From contig OY970378.1 in assembly GCA_963718875.1 (NCBI GenBank), forward strand, positions 669,373 to 733,372: a stretch of 64,000 nucleotides of DNA, written 5' to 3'. This document shows positions 48,043-56,368 of this stretch, piece by piece. Made by a program: the position numbers and the translations under genes. Positions within the stretch are counted from its first letter, which is position 1. Every line of letters starts with the position of its first letter. Below the pieces are notes generated by a model that worked only from the letters and a program-made list of their open reading frames with translations, was not told the origin of the DNA and did not search any database. Origin of the DNA: Candidatus Parcubacteria bacterium (GTDB taxonomy: Bacteria; Patescibacteriota; Saccharimonadia; UBA4664; JBIOIQ01).

Positions 48043-50418
48043 ATGATTAAGTCGTTATTAGATTTGTGGATTAAACGTGATCGGGCATACCGTGACCCAA
48101 GGCACGTGGTTGTTGCTATAGCTGCGACTTTGTTGTTAGTTATGATGACACTTCAGGCAATTCAAACCCGTACCAAGATTGATGGATTTGAAATGAGTTT
48201 ATTTAGCTTTTTCAATACCTTACCGAGTTGGCTTGACTCACCTTTTTTTATTATCACACAGCTTGGAGCGCTAGGGGCTGTCTTAATTTGGGGTGGTTTA
48301 GGTTTGTACCTGCGGAATGCCAGAGCCGGGGCGGTTATTGCTGCTGCGGGCGCTTTAGCTTGGTTCGTAGCAAAACCCTTTAAGGTATATGTGGGCAGAG
48401 GAAGACCTCAAGATTTACTCGAATTGCCAGATCTTTTGCACCTAGAAAAGTTTGGCGGCATGGGTTTTCCTTCGGGGCATGCATCGGTTACAGCTGCCTG
48501 CATTACTGCTTTATTGTTTTACGTGGATCGAAAACAGCGCAAGTATTTGTACCTTATTGCGCTTTTAATTGGAGCTAGCCGGATTTATCTTGGAGCGCAT
48601 TTTCCGCGAGATGTAATAGGAGGTTACGCGCTTGGTGCATTAATAGGGAGCTTAGTTTCGCTTGTGTTTGGGAGCGCTAAGCCGAAGATATCATTTGGCC
48701 CTATAAAGAGGCGTTTAGCAGAAATGGGAATTCAAGCAAAGTCAGTGCGTAAAATGAATGTGGATGCTCGAGGTTCGGTGCCAATATTTATTGAGGACGA
48801 GGCCGGTAAAAGTTATGTGGCAAAGCTTTTTGGTAAGCAGGAGTATGTTGCCGATTGGCTATTTAAAGCCTTGCGGTTTTTTAAGTTTAAAAGCTTTGGT
48901 GACGAGCGCCCATATTTAAATAGCAAGCATAATGTTGAACATGAAGCTTTGGCATCGATGTGGTCGGTAAGGGCTGGCGTAAGGACCCCAGAAGTTGTAG
49001 GTTACGCCCTGGCGGGAAGTCATTGGATGCTAACACAAGAGTGGGTTGACGCTACTCCTCTAGATGGACTAAAGCCGAAAAATGTCACCGATAAAACCTT
49101 GGCAAGGATATGGAGTGAGGTTAAAAAACTTCACAAATCTAATATTGCTCATCGTGATTTGAGGGCAGCCAACATTTTGGTCGATAAGAAGGGACTTCCT
49201 TGGTTGATAGACTTTGGATTTGCAGAAGTAGCCGCTAAATCTACCCGAAAAAGTATGGATATCGCCGAGTTGTTGATGTCGAGTGCGTTGGTAGTGGGCG
49301 AAGAAAGAGCTTATAAGACAGCTAAAAGGGTTCTTGGAGCCAAAGTTTTAAAAGAAGCTGCACCTTATTTTCAACTGCCGGTATTTAGTGGAGCCACCAC
49401 CTCCTTGGCGCGGAAGAATAAGGACGTTTATAAAGCTGTTTGTGACCGTTTAAACAACCTTAGTGATGAAGATGAAGTGGAGAAGGCTAATGTGTCGAGG
49501 CTTAATAGTAAGCGTTTAATTAATATTATTGCAATTGGAGTATTTTTATTTATAGTACTACCTCAGTTTGGAGCTTTTAAAGGAGCTTTTGTAGCACTTA
49601 AGTCCATTAACTTTTGGTGGCTTATACCTATATTGATTCTTTCGGGAGCAACCTACATAACGGCGGCAATGACGACCTTAAGCTTAGCTCCAACGCCACT
49701 TAAGTTTATGTCAACCATAGCAGTTCAAGTGGCTAGCTCTTTTGTAAGCAAGCTGTTACCCTCGGGTCTTGGCTCTATTACCTTATTTGTACGTTATCTA
49801 CACAAGGCCGGCTTGGATATAAGTACGGCAACATCGTTAATGGTAGTAGGAAGCTTTTTGGGTTTCATTACGTTTATGAGTCCATTGGCTCTAATTTTAT
49901 TGCTACACGGGAGCTCACTATCGAGTCTCGTTAAAATTAAGTTGCCATTGTGGCTATTGGCGATAGTACCAATTGTAATTCTTTTCCTCGGTTCGGCCCT
50001 TTGGTTTATAAAAAAACTGCGGAAGAAGGTTCTAGAAAGGCTTAATAAAGCTAGGGAGGATTTTCGGCTGCTGGCGTCCTCTCCAAAAGAACTTGGTTTG
50101 GCGGCAATGTTTTCAGCTGGGACAACTTTGATGTATGTCGCTTGTTTACATGCTTGTTTTTTAGCTGTTGGCATAGACATTTCGCCATTAACTACAATCG
50201 TGGTCTACGCCACCGCAACAATCGCTGGCTCTGCGCTCCCCACTCCTGGTGGTTTGGGCGCTTTAGAGGTGGCTATGGCGGCGGCCTTGGTGGGACTAGG
50301 CTATCCCCAAGTTCCGGCATATGCGGCCGTAATTTTATATCGGTTAGCTACTTTCTGGGCGCCTATTCCAGTTGGGTTTTTGGCCTATCAATATATTCAA
50401 AAAAAGAAGTTTATATAG
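48043..50418 (+). CDS. Triple-domain integral membrane protein: PAP2 lipid phosphatase, Kdo/WaaP-RIO-like kinase, and a flippase-like (lysyl-PG synthase TM / UPF0104) C-terminal domain
   Basis: PAP2 motifs KVYVGRGRP (KX6RP), PSGH, SRIYLGAHFPRD; kinase catalytic loop HRDLRAANILV and DFGFA; C-terminal 8-TM region with GGLGALEVAMAAALVGLG. Confidence 0.7.
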   Translation: MIKSLLDLWIKRDRAYRDPRHVVVAIAATLLLVMMTLQAIQTRTKIDGFEMSLFSFFNTLPSWLDSPFFIITQLGALGAVLIWGGLGLYLRNARAGAVIAAAGALAWFVAKPFKVYVGRGRPQDLLELPDLLHLEKFGGMGFPSGHASVTAACITALLFYVDRKQRKYLYLIALLIGASRIYLGAHFPRDVIGGYALGALIGSLVSLVFGSAKPKISFGPIKRRLAEMGIQAKSVRKMNVDARGSVPIFIEDEAGKSYVAKLFGKQEYVADWLFKALRFFKFKSFGDERPYLNSKHNVEHEALASMWSVRAGVRTPEVVGYALAGSHWMLTQEWVDATPLDGLKPKNVTDKTLARIWSEVKKLHKSNIAHRDLRAANILVDKKGLPWLIDFGFAEVAAKSTRKSMDIAELLMSSALVVGEERAYKTAKRVLGAKVLKEAAPYFQLPVFSGATTSLARKNKDVYKAVCDRLNNLSDEDEVEKANVSRLNSKRLINIIAIGVFLFIVLPQFGAFKGAFVALKSINFWWLIPILILSGATYITAAMTTLSLAPTPLKFMSTIAVQVASSFVSKLLPSGLGSITLFVRYLHKAGLDISTATSLMVVGSFLGFITFMSPLALILLLHGSSLSSLVKIKLPLWLLAIVPIVILFLGSALWFIKKLRKKVLERLNKAREDFRLLASSPKELGLAAMFSAGTTLMYVACLHACFLAVGIDISPLTTIVVYATATIAGSALPTPGGLGALEVAMAAALVGLGYPQVPAYAAVILYRLATFWAPIPVGFLAYQYIQKKKFI

Positions 50419-50458
50419 AAGCGGTCCTAGCTAAAAAACTAATCAACTCACCAGACTT

Positions 50459-51400
50459 ATGGAACGCTTCAAAAGAAAGTACAATAGTAGCATGAGCTTT
50501 AAGTCATACCTGCAGCAAAACGCTCGAAAACTCGATATTTGCTTATATGAATATCTTTTTGAAGGAGCTGAGCCTGGGTCACTAATTGAGGAGTTAGCAA
50601 CATATCAAAATGAAGATGGTGGTTTTGGCCACGCTTTAGACGCCGACCTTCGGCTGCCACATTCCTCAGTCCTAGCAACTACAATTGCCTTACAGTACCT
50701 ATCACATGTAGACACAGACTCGAGTCATACATTAATATCCGGCGCTATCCGTTACTTCAAAGATACATACGATACAGCCAGAAACCGATGGTTAAATATA
50801 CCGCAAGAGGCAGACAAATACCCCCGGGCTCCCTGGTGGAACTATAAGAGTACAACGAAGTCTTCAGAATGGGGGAACCCATCAGCAGAGGTACTTGGGT
50901 ATTTACTAAAGTATGCCCCTGATCCTAAAGTCAAGTTGATTCAAGTACTCACAGAACGGGCACTGCAGCGACTTCAAGAAATCGAGCATCCCGAGCCACA
51001 TGAGATCAAGTGCTTCATTCGTTTATACGAAAGTGCTGATTCAAGTCTTCAGAAAATACTGCATAAATTACTTGCGAAGCAAATAAAAAGCGTGGTCAAA
51101 ACAAATCCGGATGAATGGCAAGGCTATTCTCCAACTCCACTTACATTCGTTACTTCTCCTAACTCACCGTTCGCTGATTTGTTTAATGAATCGTTACTCT
51201 TAGAGAACCTGCAGTTTATCCAAAAACAAATCGTGGATGGCAATCATTGGGAACCGACTTGGCAGTGGGATCAGTTTGAGGATGAGTGGGCTAAGGCTAA
51301 ATTAGAGTGGAGTGGCAAGCTCACAGTGGAGAATTTATTATTACTAAAGTCTTTTGGTTCAGGTTTAAATCTAAATTTAGGTTCAATTAACCAGTATTAG
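50459..51400 (+). CDS. Hypothetical protein (possible alpha/alpha-toroid repeat protein, QxxDGGFG motif)
   Basis: 313 aa; YQNEDGGFGHAL resembles prenyltransferase/terpene-cyclase-type repeats; 41 nt downstream of the fusion gene. Confidence 0.35.
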   Translation: MERFKRKYNSSMSFKSYLQQNARKLDICLYEYLFEGAEPGSLIEELATYQNEDGGFGHALDADLRLPHSSVLATTIALQYLSHVDTDSSHTLISGAIRYFKDTYDTARNRWLNIPQEADKYPRAPWWNYKSTTKSSEWGNPSAEVLGYLLKYAPDPKVKLIQVLTERALQRLQEIEHPEPHEIKCFIRLYESADSSLQKILHKLLAKQIKSVVKTNPDEWQGYSPTPLTFVTSPNSPFADLFNESLLLENLQFIQKQIVDGNHWEPTWQWDQFEDEWAKAKLEWSGKLTVENLLLLKSFGSGLNLNLGSINQY

Positions 51401-51453
51401 AACTCGCTCAACAGATGGAGAACTTTTACAAAAAGGGATGAGATTAACATAAC

Positions 51454-51539
51454 TGGTGCGGATGAAAGGACTTGAACCTTCACGGGGTTTCCCCCACTAG
51501 CTCCTAAGGCTAGCGTGTCTACCATTCCACCACATCCGC
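51454..51539 (-). tRNA. tRNA-Leu (anticodon UAG), class II with long variable arm; 3' CCA encoded
   Basis: Hand-folded cloverleaf: acceptor GCGGATG/CATCCGC, D-arm GTG-GAATGGTAGA-CAC, anticodon arm CTAGC-CTTAGGA-GCTAG, variable arm TGGGGGAAACCCCGT, T-arm GAAGG-TTCAAGT-CCTTT, discriminator A, then CCA. Confidence 0.85.
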
Positions 51540-51551
51540 ACATTCGATCTT

Positions 51552-52085
51552 TCAGTTCAATTTATGATAGAAGCTAAGACTGCTATCGCCATACTTGCGC
51601 GTGTCGAGGCGCTTCATTGATTCTAGCTCAGGTGCGGCAATTCTACTAGTGTGCGAGACCACTAAAGTACCACCGGAAGCTAAAAGCTGCCCAAGTTTAC
51701 CTATAGTTTCTGTCTTAATATCATCATATGGTGGGTCGGCCACTATTAAGTCAAAGGTGGCTGAGCTGAGTTCGAGAGTCACCAGCTCTACAGTCTTTTC
51801 CATAATTCTGATGTTCAAACCCAGACCTAGCGCTTCCGCATTAGTTTTAATGACACGCGTTGCTGTGCGTGCGTTGTCTACAGCAATCACTTGCTTAGCT
51901 CCGCGACTAAGAGCCTCTATCCCTACTGCCCCACTCCCAGAGTAAGCGTCAAGTACCGATTGACCATCAACACTCCCAATAATATTAAACAGCGCCTCCC
52001 TGACTTTGTCGCTCATGGGGCGGGTATGGGTATTTTTGGGCATTACCAGCTTTCGACCACTATGCCTGCCTCCAATGATTTTCAT
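51552..52085 (-). CDS. rsmD: 16S rRNA (guanine966-N2)-methyltransferase RsmD
   Basis: 177 aa; SAM-binding LDAYSGSGAVGIEALSRGA and DPPY motif. Confidence 0.85.
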   Translation of the reverse strand: MKIIGGRHSGRKLVMPKNTHTRPMSDKVREALFNIIGSVDGQSVLDAYSGSGAVGIEALSRGAKQVIAVDNARTATRVIKTNAEALGLGLNIRIMEKTVELVTLELSSATFDLIVADPPYDDIKTETIGKLGQLLASGGTLVVSHTSRIAAPELESMKRLDTRKYGDSSLSFYHKLN

Positions 52086-52957
52086 ACCTTTTCTTTTTTA
52101 GACTTTTTTTTAGTTAGCTCCGTTTGTCCAACCTCAAGATAAGCTAACAGCCAAACGATTCCTACTACTTGGCAGGCGTGTATGGCTATTTGCTGGCGCA
52201 CAATCCTGGCCAGTTCGGCCGTCCATCCTTCACGGTAAAAACGGTTGTACAGGTTTAGCTCAGCAACATTACGGGCTTCTCTTTTAAAGAACCTCATCAT
52301 TCCAAGCTCGCGGCCTTCGGCCAGCAAAGCCTCGTTCAAAGTGGGGTTCAGCTTGGTGAACAACAGTGCCGTTGCAACGCCAATTTCAAAATTATGATGC
52401 GTTGATAGAATCCCTTTTCCTCCCCATATCTCCCAGTTTGCTTGAAGAGTTTTTTTAACGGAGTTTCCAACTACAAAGTTTTTCGTAAGATAGGTTGTGG
52501 CATCGTTGCGAAGTGGCTCTAGATTGGTTTTACGGTGACTGACGGCTCGCTTCCCGTCCCTCAAGCTAACCATCTTTTCGACTAGTGGATAGTGGTGAGC
52601 TGGTGTCAAGCCATCCACTAGATAGTGCGCAAGCCAACTGGCTTCGAATGCAGCCCGCACAAGGTCTTGATTTTGTAGTGACGTCACTAGTCCATCGTAG
52701 TGACTAGTGACATGCAGTGGTAGCTCCCCTACTTCGGTCTGTGGATCGTAGAAATGGCTGGGATCATCGACTCCAGGTGATTTAAGTTTTATACCATCCG
52801 GTCCGTTATAACCCTCAAAATGTAATATCGAACGGATATTAGGAAATGACTTTGGCTTTAGGTAAGGAGTAATCATTTTAAAAGAAGCAACATCAAAACG
52901 CTGGTGGACACCTAGTCGATTAATTACTTTTTTTGTTGAAACAAAGCCTGAATACAT
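52082..52957 (-). CDS. Zinc-dependent phospholipase C / P1-nuclease-family protein
   Basis: SHFYDPQTEVG and HYLVDGLTPAHH match the Zn-PLC motifs SHFYDPDNG and HYLGDxxQPMH. Confidence 0.55.
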   Translation of the reverse strand: MYSGFVSTKKVINRLGVHQRFDVASFKMITPYLKPKSFPNIRSILHFEGYNGPDGIKLKSPGVDDPSHFYDPQTEVGELPLHVTSHYDGLVTSLQNQDLVRAAFEASWLAHYLVDGLTPAHHYPLVEKMVSLRDGKRAVSHRKTNLEPLRNDATTYLTKNFVVGNSVKKTLQANWEIWGGKGILSTHHNFEIGVATALLFTKLNPTLNEALLAEGRELGMMRFFKREARNVAELNLYNRFYREGWTAELARIVRQQIAIHACQVVGIVWLLAYLEVGQTELTKKKSKKEKV

Positions 52958-52984
52958 GTAATTTTTTAAGGGGTTTTTGGTTAT

Positions 52985-55024
52985 TTAATCAAGGGAGGTA
53001 ACCGCTTTTAAGGCGTTAACAGTATCGCGGATATGAGGATAGTGTAGCATAGCGCTCGTGTCGCGTAAAAACTGGCTGGCATATTCCCTTACTTGAGCCA
53101 CAAGCTTGGCATTTCCAAAATCAGCCATTTGAAGGTTTAGATCGCCATGTTGTTTGATTCCATAAACCTGCCCAGGCCCTCTTAGCTCTAGGTCAATCTG
53201 AGCTAGCCTAAAGCCATCGCTAGTACGCTCCATGGCTCGCAAACGTTCGGCCACCCCGGGAGAAAAATTGTCATACATTAAGTAACAATATGCAGCGTCT
53301 TGGCCGCGACCAATACGTCCTCTGAGCTGGTGAAGCGCTGCTAAGCCGAACCGATCTGCGCCTTCAATCAGCATGATGCTGGCGTTCGGAATATCAATAC
53401 CAACCTCGATTACCGTTGTTGCGACTAGTATGTCAATGCTACCAGCACGATAACAATCCATGATTTCTTGCTTATCGGCAGCTGTCATTTTGCCATGCAT
53501 AACCTCAATTCGGCGATGACGAAAAATAGTTTTTTTCAGGTTGGCAGATTCCGCGGTAACGCTTTTTGAGCCGGTCTTATCCGAGTCTTCTATTAAAGGG
53601 CATACAACAAACACCTGCCTTCCTTTTGAAATTTCTTGGTCGACATGGACATACATTTTTTCCCGCTCAGACGGTTTGATGATTTTGGTAGTAACCGGCT
53701 GCCTTCCGGGTGGGAGCTCGTCAATGATGGATATGTCGAGGTCGCCATATACAGTCAGCGCTAGGGAGCGCGGAATTGGTGTGGCTGTCATGCTCAAAAG
53801 ATGTGGCAGTCGACCGGCTTTTTTCTTTAGTTCCTGACGCTGAGCAACGCCAAACCGATGCTGCTCATCGATAATAACCAACCCTAAGCTATGAAACTTA
53901 ACCGAGCTGCCTATAAGAGCATGGGTACCTATAATTAAATGAGCCTTCCCTTCTGCCGTCGTTTCTAGAGATTTTCGCTTGCTAGCTGTGTTTTGATTTC
54001 CCAAAAAAAGCACCGCCTCATACCCTAGTTTCTGAATTAGAGGAGTTATTTTTGCAAAATGTTGACGGGCTAATAGCTCTGTAGGAACCATTAATGCTGC
54101 TTGATAACCGCTAGCTATTGCCATTACTGCCGCCATAACAGCTACAACAGTCTTGCCACTACCAACGTCGCCTTCAAGCAGACGATTCATGGGATGTTCC
54201 CGCTCCATATCATTCAGTATCTGCCAAGCTGCTTGGCGCTGGGCATTGGTATAATCAAAACCGACGGCTTCAATATAGCGCTTGGCTAGGTCTAATTGAA
54301 ACGAAACTTTAGGAGATTCTTCCGTCTTAATCTCCTGCTTTATGCTCAGGCTTGCTAGGATAACTAAGAAAAGCTCCTCAAACGCGATTCTGTGGCGTGC
54401 CCTCTCCAACATCTCGGACGAAGTGGGTGTGTGTACTTGTTTTAAAGCTTCGGCGCGGCTTATTAGCTGGGCTTTTTCTATCACGGTACCTGGTAAGGTC
54501 TCCGGCAAGTCGCTCAGGCGTGCTAATAGCGGCTTTATGGCGACCTGGATTTGACGTGAACTTAACCCTTCGGTCTCTGGGTAAACGGGTATTATACGAT
54601 TCTCGCCAAGCGGTAAATCCTGAATTTTTTCTATAGCTGGCGACTGTAATGCTAAGTCGTTATTTCGAAATTGCAATCGTCCCGTTAGAGCTATCTCACT
54701 GTTTTTTTCTAACTGTGCCAAGCGATAAGGTTGATTGAACCAAATGGCCTTAAGTGTCCCAGATTCATCGCTGATGATTGCCTCAGTAATTGTAAGGTTA
54801 CGTCCACGAACACGTCTACTAGCAGCTGTTACCACTTTGCCCCTTACTGTCACTAAGCCGGGGACAACCTTTGATATTAAAGTTGCGTTGGTAAAGTCAT
54901 TATACCGCCTGGGATAGTGCTTTATTAGATCCCCAAGAGTTAAGACATGGAGGCGTTGTAGTTTTCGAGCGGTTTCAGAGCCCACGCCCCTAAGGCTTTC
55001 GACCGACAGATCTAGGTTGAGCAT
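52985..55024 (-). CDS. recG: ATP-dependent DNA helicase RecG
   Basis: 679 aa; wedge/OB N-terminus, helicase motifs GDVGSGKTVVA, DEQHRFG, and C-terminal helicase domain. Confidence 0.9.
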   Translation of the reverse strand: MLNLDLSVESLRGVGSETARKLQRLHVLTLGDLIKHYPRRYNDFTNATLISKVVPGLVTVRGKVVTAASRRVRGRNLTITEAIISDESGTLKAIWFNQPYRLAQLEKNSEIALTGRLQFRNNDLALQSPAIEKIQDLPLGENRIIPVYPETEGLSSRQIQVAIKPLLARLSDLPETLPGTVIEKAQLISRAEALKQVHTPTSSEMLERARHRIAFEELFLVILASLSIKQEIKTEESPKVSFQLDLAKRYIEAVGFDYTNAQRQAAWQILNDMEREHPMNRLLEGDVGSGKTVVAVMAAVMAIASGYQAALMVPTELLARQHFAKITPLIQKLGYEAVLFLGNQNTASKRKSLETTAEGKAHLIIGTHALIGSSVKFHSLGLVIIDEQHRFGVAQRQELKKKAGRLPHLLSMTATPIPRSLALTVYGDLDISIIDELPPGRQPVTTKIIKPSEREKMYVHVDQEISKGRQVFVVCPLIEDSDKTGSKSVTAESANLKKTIFRHRRIEVMHGKMTAADKQEIMDCYRAGSIDILVATTVIEVGIDIPNASIMLIEGADRFGLAALHQLRGRIGRGQDAAYCYLMYDNFSPGVAERLRAMERTSDGFRLAQIDLELRGPGQVYGIKQHGDLNLQMADFGNAKLVAQVREYASQFLRDTSAMLHYPHIRDTVNALKAVTSLD

Positions 55025-56235
55025 TAAAGCTTTATGCGAACGTAGCGGCGTTTGCCTACCTGAATTACGTCTCCATCTGCAAACGACTGTACTGCATCGG
55101 CTTCAAGTAATTGATCATTCAGACGAACTCCTCGTTGTTCAATTAACCGTTTGGCTTCGGACTTACTGGCAGAAAGACCAACCTCGACCAAAATATCTAT
55201 CATGTTGCTGCTTGATTTTTTAATCAATCTTTCTTCAATCATGTCCGGCTGTTGCCCCTCGCTGACTTCATTTATCCAGCTTTTCTCGGCATTTTCTGCA
55301 GCTCCTTGGCTGTGGTAGGTCGTGACGATTTCGCGGGCCAAGCTCATTTTGACGTTTCGAGGATTCTCACCGTTTATTAACGAAGTTTTTAGAATTTCAA
55401 TGTCTGTCATTGGCAGTCTGGTGCAGTCAATAAGCACCTGAATAATGGCCTCGTCGGGTAATGCCATAACTTTAGCGTACATTTGCGCTGGCTCCTCATC
55501 TAGACCTATCCCCGTTCCCAAGCTTTTGCTCATAAGTTTTTCGCCCGTCAATGGGTTCTCAAGCAAGGTTGTGGCTATAACAAATTTTTCTCGGTCTTGG
55601 TAGCGTTTTACTAGGGTTCGACCGGCTAGCATATTGAACGTCTGGTCGGTCCCGCCTATTTCAATGTCGGCCTCAAGCATGACTGAATCGTAACCCTGCA
55701 TCAGAGGATAAAAAAACTCGTGAACAAAAAGAGGCTTTTGATCTTTGAGGCGTTTTTGGAATGTATCCCGTTCTATCATTTGTTGGACGGTAAAATTAGA
55801 TGCAAGGTCAACCATGTCTGAAAAGGACAGCTTTGCAAGCCACTCCGAGTTAAACTTAAACTCAATAGGATTGGTCTTGGTGTTGAAATCTAAGATTTTT
55901 CCAATTTGTTGTTTAAATGTTTTGAGGTTTCGTTGAACTTCTTTTGCGGTAAGCTGCTTTCGGGCTGCGGTTTTATCGCTTGGATCACCAATAAGGGCGG
56001 TGAAGTCTCCTACTAAAACAATAATTTTATGTCCTAGCTTATGAAGCCTTTCTAGCAATAAATAGTTGGTAGCATGCCCTATATGAACATAGCTAGCAGT
56101 GGGATCAATGCCCATATATATGCGCATCGGCTTACCAGCCAGTAGCCGTTTCTGCAAGGCGCCGACAGAAGGATAGACTGCGCTGACAGAGCGGCTGAGA
56201 ATTTCATCAACTGCTTTGGATGTTTCATTACTCAT
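55024..56235 (-). CDS. tyrS: Tyrosine--tRNA ligase with C-terminal S4 domain (start taken at the internal Met MSNETSK...; the longest ORF extends to 56280)
   Basis: HIGH-type motif YVHIGHATN and KMSKS-type KLMSKSLG; C-terminal S4-like RLIEQRGVRLNDQ. Confidence 0.9.
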   Translation of the reverse strand: MSNETSKAVDEILSRSVSAVYPSVGALQKRLLAGKPMRIYMGIDPTASYVHIGHATNYLLLERLHKLGHKIIVLVGDFTALIGDPSDKTAARKQLTAKEVQRNLKTFKQQIGKILDFNTKTNPIEFKFNSEWLAKLSFSDMVDLASNFTVQQMIERDTFQKRLKDQKPLFVHEFFYPLMQGYDSVMLEADIEIGGTDQTFNMLAGRTLVKRYQDREKFVIATTLLENPLTGEKLMSKSLGTGIGLDEEPAQMYAKVMALPDEAIIQVLIDCTRLPMTDIEILKTSLINGENPRNVKMSLAREIVTTYHSQGAAENAEKSWINEVSEGQQPDMIEERLIKKSSSNMIDILVEVGLSASKSEAKRLIEQRGVRLNDQLLEADAVQSFADGDVIQVGKRRYVRIKL

Positions 56236-56368
56236 ATTGCCTACTATAGCACGACAGAATGACCGGAAAAACCTTCTCAACGCTTGTATATGTAATGTTT
56301 ATTGTCTTTGCGCAGACTCGACGAGCATAGCCCCGGTACGGTATAATCTCAAACGTAAGGATAATAAT

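Noticed and set aside
56216-56368. N-terminal 51 codons of the PBP ORF as given in the ORF track (start 56216)
   Set aside because: This stretch overlaps the 5' end of tyrS on the other strand and precedes a well-positioned AAGGA SD and ATG at 56369. It was treated as non-coding leader.
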